Assembly: GCA_002269645.1 (NCBI GenBank)
Contig: NIVC01002349.1
Coordinates: 3,974 to 67,973 of the forward strand
Source: Macrostomum lignano
Lineage: Eukaryota
Direction of reading: 5' to 3'
Length of the DNA: 64,000 nucleotides
Shown here one piece after another: positions 57,221-64,000 of this stretch. A program made the position numbers and the translations under genes. How positions within the stretch are numbered: the stretch's first letter is position 1; each line of letters opens with the position of its first letter. The notes beneath the pieces are model-generated. The model saw nothing but the letters and a program-made list of their open reading frames with translations, searched no databases and had not been told where the DNA came from.

Positions 57221-58075
57221 AAAGAGATTTCTAAAGGTCAAATATGACGTTTGTATATTAAATTGCACTGAGCACAAAGTAAATAAAATTAGCTACTAAC
57301 AGTATGTACATATGGCTTGTGAAACCTGGACTCATTTTTCAATCACAGACGTGCAAAAAAGGCCAAGTCGTAAAATTTAACTGAATGCAACAATAGTATA
57401 TATCAATTTCTTTTTTCCAGAAAATGCTTCTGGTCAGGGATGAAACAATAGAATGATGGAGACTAAACCAATCGGGATACAAGGGGTTCAAATCAGAGCA
57501 GAGATGTATAGTCAAGATTCATCTTGTCAGGCAAATTAAAATATTTCGGGCAAATTTATATAATTTAACAGTTTTAAGCGAATAGAATGCTACTAGACCG
57601 TCAGTAGGATGGAGCGGATATTATATGGAAAAAAATAAATTATCAAGAGTATAAACGGAAGGAGAAATGAGTCGAAAAATAGTAGTTTAATATTAAATAA
57701 ATAGACCACGGTATGTGCAGGTAATAAAATTTGAGAGACAGTCTTGCAGAACAGCAACAGCCAGCATGGGTAAATAAAAACAAATTAATTATTTATTCTG
57801 AACAACGGTGAAAGCATTGAAAATTCGAATCTCAGAATCATAGGTCTGACTGCAGTCTAATCTGACAGCTAATGTCAGTACACACACGTACTTGCACATC
57901 ACACACAGATGAGCAGGTGTATGTCAGTACAGCAACTTCTTCAAATAGCACCAGTGGATTGTAGGCTATTATATGTAGCATTATTGTCCATCAAAGCAGG
58001 CCCGATGATAAATAACCTGCTAATCCTTTTTCCTTTAAACTGCGATAAACCTCGAGAACAATTTTTCTGCACCTC

Positions 58076-58830
58076 ATAACAGTGTACATTCATTATATTA
58101 TCGATCTAATTTTCTCTACCTTTCGTAACAGTGTGCATTCATTATATTATCGATCTAATTTTCTCTATCCCTCATAACAGTGTACGTTCATTATATTATC
58201 GATCTAATTTTCTCTATCCCTCATAACAGTGTACGTTCATTATATTATCGATCTAATTTTCTCTATCCCTCATAACAGTGTACATTCATTATATTATCGA
58301 TCTAATTTTCTCTACCTCTCGTAACAGTGTACATTCATTATATTATCGATCTAATTTTCTCTACCTCTCGTAACAGTGTACATTCATTATATTACCGATC
58401 TAATTTTCTCTACCCCTAATAATGTACATTCATTATATTATCGATCTAATTTCTCTACCTCTCGTAACAGTGTGCATTCATTATATTATCGATCTAATTT
58501 TCTCTATCCCTCATAACAGTGTACGTTCATTATATTATCGATCTAATTTTCTCTATCCCTCATAACAGTGTACGTTCATTATATTATCGATCTAATTTTC
58601 TCTACCTCTCGTAGCAGTGTACATTCATTATATTATCGATCGAGTTTTCTCTACCCCTAATAATGTACATTCATTATATTATCGATCTAATTTTCTCTAC
58701 CTCTCGTAACAGTGTACATTCATTATATTATCGATTGAGTTTTCTCTACCCTTAATAATGTACATTCATTATATTATCGATCTAGTTTTCTCTACCCTTA
58801 ATAATGTACATTCATTATATTATCGATCGA
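58076..58830. repeat. 49-bp AT-rich minisatellite
   Basis: Unit AACAGTGTACATTCATTATATTATCGATCTAATTTTCTCTACCTCTCGT. Confidence 0.94.
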
Positions 58831-59091
58831 ATTCTCTCGGATTTTCTGCCCTTTTTGCTTGTTTTCTCCTATTCATTTCAACTATTGCTACGCTCGTACA
58901 TCACTTGTTAAGATCCATTCGATTTGATACGTCGATTTGTCAAAGTTATTAAATGGTTTGCGAAGGTGCTCCACTCTAGACGCCTATCTCCTTAGCGACG
59001 GCTTCCAGTCCACTGTTGCTATGTATAGAAGTCCCTGGTCAGTCTTACTCATAGTCAGCTGTTCAGTTCGCCTGTCACTCAGTCAGTCCGG

Positions 59092-62000
59092 TCAGCCCTG
59101 GGAGTCCAGCCGCGGGTCCATGCTGGGCCGCAGCAACAGGCTGCCCTCAACCCAGTCATTTGGTTTCTCCAGCATCCGGGTCCACATCAGCGACTCGTGG
59201 CCACGAGCGTCCATGCAGGGGTAGCTGCGGTCTGTATGGCATGGGGGTTGTTTTTGGAAACAGAGCCACAGAAGTAACCCACAACAAAGCAAAAATTCAG
59301 AGATCTTTCAAACTTTTCTTTACCAAAAAAGCAGCACGGACGGAAAATACTCCAAAGCTACTCAAAAGAAGTAACTATGGGAAGCTACCCGGAAGCTACC
59401 CAGAAGCTACACAGAAGCTACCAGGAAGCTATCCAGAAGCTACCTAGAAGCTACCCAGAAGCTACCCAGAAGCTACCAGGAAGCTACCAGAAGCTACCCA
59501 GAAGCTACCTAGAAGCTACCCAGAAGCTACCAGGAAGCTACCCAGAAGCTACCCAGAAGCTACCTAGAAGCTACCTAGAAGCTACCCAGAAGCTACCCAG
59601 AAGCTACCTAGAAGCTACCTAGAAGCTACCAGAAGCTACCCAGAAGCTACTAGGAAGCTACTAGGAAGCTACTCAGAAGCTACCAGGAAGCTACCCAGAA
59701 GCTATCCAGACGCTACCCAGAAGCTACCTGGGAGTTACCCAGAAGCTACCTGGGAGTTACCCAGAAGCTACCAGGAAGCTACCCAGAAGCTATCCAGAAG
59801 CTACCCAGAAGCTATCCAGAAGCTACCCAGAAGCTACCTGGGAGTTACCCAGAAGCTACCCAGAAGCTACCAGGAAGCTACCCAGAAGCTATCCAGAAGC
59901 TACCCAGAAGCTACCTGGGAGTTACCCAGAAGCTACCAGGAAGCTACCCAGAAGCTACCCAGAAGCTACCAGGAAGCTACCCAGAAGCTACCCAGAAGCT
60001 ACCTAGAAGCTACCCAGAAGCTACCAGGAAGCTACCCAGAAGCTACCCAGAAGCTACCTAGAAGCTACCCAGAAGCTACCCAGAAGCTACCACGAAGCTA
60101 CCCAGAAGCTACCCAGAAGCTACCAGGAAGCTACCCAGAAGCTATCCAGAAGCTACCCAGAAGCTACCTGGGAGTTACCCAGAAGCTACCAGGAAGCTAC
60201 CCAGAAGCTACCCAGAAGCTACCTAGAAGCTACCTAGAAGCTACCCAGAAGCTACCCAGAAGCTACTAGGAAGCTACTAGGAAGCTACTCAGAAGCTACC
60301 AGGAAGCTACCAGAAGCTATCCAGACGCTACCCAGAAGCTACCTGGGAGTTACCAGAAGCTACCAGGAAGCTACCAGGAAGCTACCAGGAAGCTACCCAG
60401 AAGCTACCCAGAAGCTACCAGGAAGCTACCCAGAAGCTATCCAGAAGCTACCCAGAAGCTACCTGGGAGTTACCCAGAAGCTACCAGGAAGCTACCCAGA
60501 AGCTACCCAGAAGCTACCTAGAAGCTACCTAGAAGCTACCAGAAGCTACCAGAAGCTACTAGGAAGCTACTAGGAAGCTACTCAGAAGCTACCAGGAAGC
60601 TACCCAGAAGCTATCCAGACGCTATCCAGAAGCTACCTGGAGTTACCCAGAAGCTACCAGGAAGCTACCCAGAAGCTATCCAGAAGCTACCCAGAAGCTA
60701 TCCAGAAGCTACCCAGAAGCTATCCAGAAGCTACCCAGAAGCTATCCAGAAGCTACCCAGAAGCTACCTGGGAGTTACCCAGAAGCTACCCAGAAGCTAC
60801 CAGGAAGCTACCCAGAAGCTATCCAGAAGCTACCCAGAAGCTACCTGGGAGTTACCCAGAAGCTACCAGGAAGCTACCCAGAAGCTACCTAGAAGCTACC
60901 TAGAAGCTACCCAGAAGCTACCCAGAAGCTACTAGGAAGCTACTAGGAAGCTACTCAGAAGCTACCAGGAAGCTACCCAGAAGCTATCCAGACGCTACCC
61001 AGAAGCTTCCTGGGAGTTACCCAGAAGCTACCAGGAAGCTACCCAGAAGCTATCCAGAAGCTACCCAGAAGCTATCCAGAAGCTACCCAGAAGCTACCTG
61101 GGAGTTACCCAGAAGCTACCAAGAAGCTACCCAGACACCATCAGCAGAAGCCATCAAAAAGTCACCCAGAAGTCACCCCCTAGCAACTAAAGCCAGTGTG
61201 TTTCTGCCGCTACGGTCAGTCGCTCACCCCAACGTTGAGGCGCACGCCGCCCAGGAAGTCGTTTCGACCGATTTTGACATGGTCCCAGACCGTCAGCTCC
61301 AGCGACCGGCCTTTCAGGTCACGCAGAGAGATATTCTCGAATGCCAGTATGGAGTTGAAGTTCGGATTCATGTCGCCTTTAACTATGGCGGATTTCTGCT
61401 TCACCCGGCTGCTTCTGGTGGCCCGGCTGTCCGGGTCCGGGTTGATCAGGTAGCTGTGGGAGTCAGGATTCGGAAGTTGCAGATCCCATGGTCACTCTCA
61501 TGCTGAGCTTCCGGATGTGAGGTTTGAGGGTTTATAGATTTGAGGATGAGGCTTAGATGAAACGAGACTTTGAGGATGTGAGACTTTGTTGAAGGATGCG
61601 AGACTTTGAGGATGTGAGACTTTGTTGAAGGATGCGAGACTTTGAGGATGTGAGACTATGAGGATGTGAGACTTTGAGGATGTGAGACTATGAGGATGTG
61701 AGACTATGAGGATGTGAGACTTTGAGGATGTGAGACTTTGTTGAGGGATGTGAGACTTTGTTGAGGGATGTGAGACTTTGAGGATGTGAGACTTTGTTGA
61801 AGGATGCGAGACTTTGAGGATGTGAGACTTTGTTGAAGGATGCGAGACTTTGAGGATGTGAGACTATGAGGATGTGAGACTTTGAGGATGTGAGACTATG
61901 AGGATGTGAGACTATGAGGATGTGAGACTTTGAGGATGTGAGACTTTGTTGAGGGATGTGAGACTTTGTTGAGGGATGTGAGACTTTGAGGATGTGAGAC

Positions 62001-63440
62001 TTTAAGGATGTGAGACTATGAGGATGTGAGACTATGAGGATGTGAGACTTTGAGGATGTGATACTTTGTTGAAGGATGCGAGACTTTGAGGATGAGACTT
62101 TGAGGATGTGAGACTTTGAGGATGTGAGACTTTGAGGATGCGAGACTTTGAGGATGTGAGACTTTGAGGATGTGAGACTTTGAGAATGTGAGACTTTGAG
62201 GATGAGAGACTTTGAGGATGTGAGACTTTGAGGATGTGAGACTTTGTTGAGGGATGTGAGACTTTGAGGATGTGAGACTTTGAGGATGGCCGCCTTCAAA
62301 AAGTCAAGATGTCACAACATTCATAACATTGTTATGAAATTCTAAATCAAATTTGAAGCGACGAACCCCCCCCCCCCGCTCACCCTTTGACGTAGGGCGA
62401 GGCGCCGCTACCGGAACCGGCCAGGTTGCGGCAATTCTGCACCCACACTTCCAGGCGCCCACCGACCGGCTTGCGATCGTTGTGCTCAACTTTGCTGTTT
62501 GAGTCGTCCCTGGCCAGTTGGTTGGCTTTGATTAGCTCCCCGCTGACGTACCGGAGTGCCAGCATAATGTCGCCGCGGTACATCAGAGTCGGCAGCGGCA
62601 CGGGAATTTCAACTCGCCTACCCAGATGGAGCACCTGAGGCCCGCCGTCGAAGCGGTAGTTCTCCATGGCGATGCGGGCCTCGCCAAGGAATACGTTCGA
62701 ACCGAAGGTCAGGCTGTGCCACACAGACACCTGCGGAGAGGTTTAGACAGGCTGAAGAGTCACAGCTGAGTCACAAGGTGGGGAGCCACTCACAGCTGAG
62801 TGACAGGGTGGGGAGTCACTCACAGCTGAGTGAAAGGATGGGGAGTCACTCACAGCTGAGTGACAGGGTGGGGAGTTACTCAGGGTGGGGAGTCACTCAC
62901 AGCTGAGTCACAGGGTGGGGAGTCACTCACTGAGTGAAAGGCTGAGTGAAAGGATGGGGAGTCACTCACTGTTAATCAGCTGTGAGTGACTCCCACCCTG
63001 TCACTCACAGCTGATTAACAGGATGGGGAGTCATTCAAGCGTGAGACGGGCAAGTTAGAAGGCAGCAGCTTCCAGAACCGGTGACCCCCCCCAGCCCAAA
63101 GCCCCAGGCCAGCCACCTGCAGAGTCCGGGTCTCCAGCTCGCTCTTGACAATATCGTAGACCAGCTGCTCGCTGTAGATGGGGTTGGCCGTGGCCCTCCT
63201 GGTCTGGGTCCGCCGCTTGGACCGCTTGGTCTTGTCCGGCAGCAGGTAGGTCTTCACGTACGGATTCGGCGGATTGCCGTCTAGCGCGTGCAAATTGCGG
63301 CACTGCACTACATTAACGGTGAAGCGGCGCTCTTTGTAATTGTACTGCAGGTTGACCTCGACCTCGCCGCTCGGCTCCGGAACGTGAGAGTAGGAGGCCT
63401 CGTTCTCGCTCACGTTGCTGGCCAGAGACTCTCGGCTAGC
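59092..63440 (-). CDS. SYTL: Synaptotagmin-like protein (Slp/bitesize, SYTL4/5-like), tandem C2A-C2B C-terminal part; 5' exons lie beyond the window
   Basis: Exons 63440-63117, 62730-62384, 61453-61228 and ~59231-59092. Motifs: GEVEVNLQYN..NPYVKTYLLPDKTKRSKRRT..NPIY, SVWH...FLGE, GDIMLALRY..GRLEVWVQNCRNL..SPYVKG, NPNFN..LELTVWDH..NDFLGGVRL, MD..G.E..W..M...W.EG.L.LR. The last junction is off by one base as sequenced. Confidence 0.88.
59379..61134. repeat. 11-bp minisatellite (~160 copies) in the last SYTL intron
   Basis: Unit AGAAGCTACCC with recurring variants. Confidence 0.96.
61563..62288. repeat. 16/19-bp minisatellite in a SYTL intron
   Basis: Unit TTTGAGGATGTGAGAC (+GTT). Confidence 0.95.
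62755..63030. repeat. 30-bp minisatellite with a local inversion, in a SYTL intron
   Basis: Unit TCACTCACAGCTGAGTGACAGGGTGGGGAG; perfect inverted repeat at 62969-63021. Confidence 0.88.
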
Positions 63441-63571
63441 CTGAGGTTAAGAAGGAGCCGGCCGGTTTGTTTGGACAGATTATCTTAGAATTCACTTAAA
63501 ACTCGTAAATTCTTTTCTCAAAATTTCTTTTAACTCCATCCCTCATTCTTTAACCATCCAATCCATTCCTT

Positions 63572-63836
63572 GTCCATCTGCACCCCCTCTCGGAACAGCC
63601 ACCTAACTCCCTGCCATCTGCACCCGTCTGTCGGAACAGCCACCTAACTCCCTGCCCATCTGCACCCGTCTGTCGGAACAGCCACCTAACTCCCTGCCCA
63701 ACTGCACCCTTCTCTCGTACAGCCACCTCACTCCCTGCCCAACTGCACCCTCACTCCACTCGGAACAAGCCACCTCACTCCCTGCCCATCTGCACCCCTC
63801 TCTCGGTACAGCCACCTCACTCCCTGCCTATCTGCC
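63572..63836. repeat. ~41-bp C-rich minisatellite in a SYTL intron
   Basis: Unit CTGCACCCGTCTGTCGGAACAGCCACCTAACTCCCTGCCAT-like. Confidence 0.85.
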
Positions 63837-64000
63837 ACCTCGCTCAGCCGTGCTGACTCAGACAGGTTTAAAATCGCTCGTCAAATACCAAATTCAAGAC
63901 ACAGTAGTCAATAAAAAAAACGGTCGTAAAAAACACGGAAAGCAAAGTTAAAAACTGTTTTATAGGATTTTAAAAACACGTCCGTGAGCTAAAGAAGCAA

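Overview
AT-rich animal genomic DNA with GC-rich exons, GT-AG introns and about 25 distinct micro/minisatellite arrays. This overall style resembles a free-living flatworm such as Macrostomum, which is an inference and cannot be proven from the sequence. Genes reconstructed by splice-site and phase analysis: (1) a secreted PAN/apple-like + fibrinogen-domain (FReD) gene (-); (2) the first three exons of RagC/D GTPase (-); (3) a complete 6-exon isovaleryl-CoA dehydrogenase (-); (4) a Ctr/SLC31 copper transporter (+); (5) a 2-exon Noc/Elbow (ZNF503/703, NET family) zinc-finger gene (+) inside a large gene-poor region; (6) the C2A-C2B end of a synaptotagmin-like protein (-); (7) an orphan disordered ORF. 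The most notable observation is a 5'-truncated RNase H-containing LINE inserted about 20 codons before the FReD stop codon. It is in the same orientation, in frame and flanked by a 9-bp TSD, giving a signal peptide-PAN-FReD-reverse transcriptase fusion. That fusion would extend through RNase H and CCHC if two compensating homopolymer indels are consensus errors. Other mobile DNA: a Penelope-like GIY-YIG fragment with a minimal hammerhead ribozyme motif, two tRNA-derived SINE families, hAT-type MITEs (one nested and carrying a minisatellite) and a decayed MULE-like fragment. No CRISPR, rRNA or bona fide tRNA was found. Most long ORFs in the supplied track are repeat or antisense artefacts.
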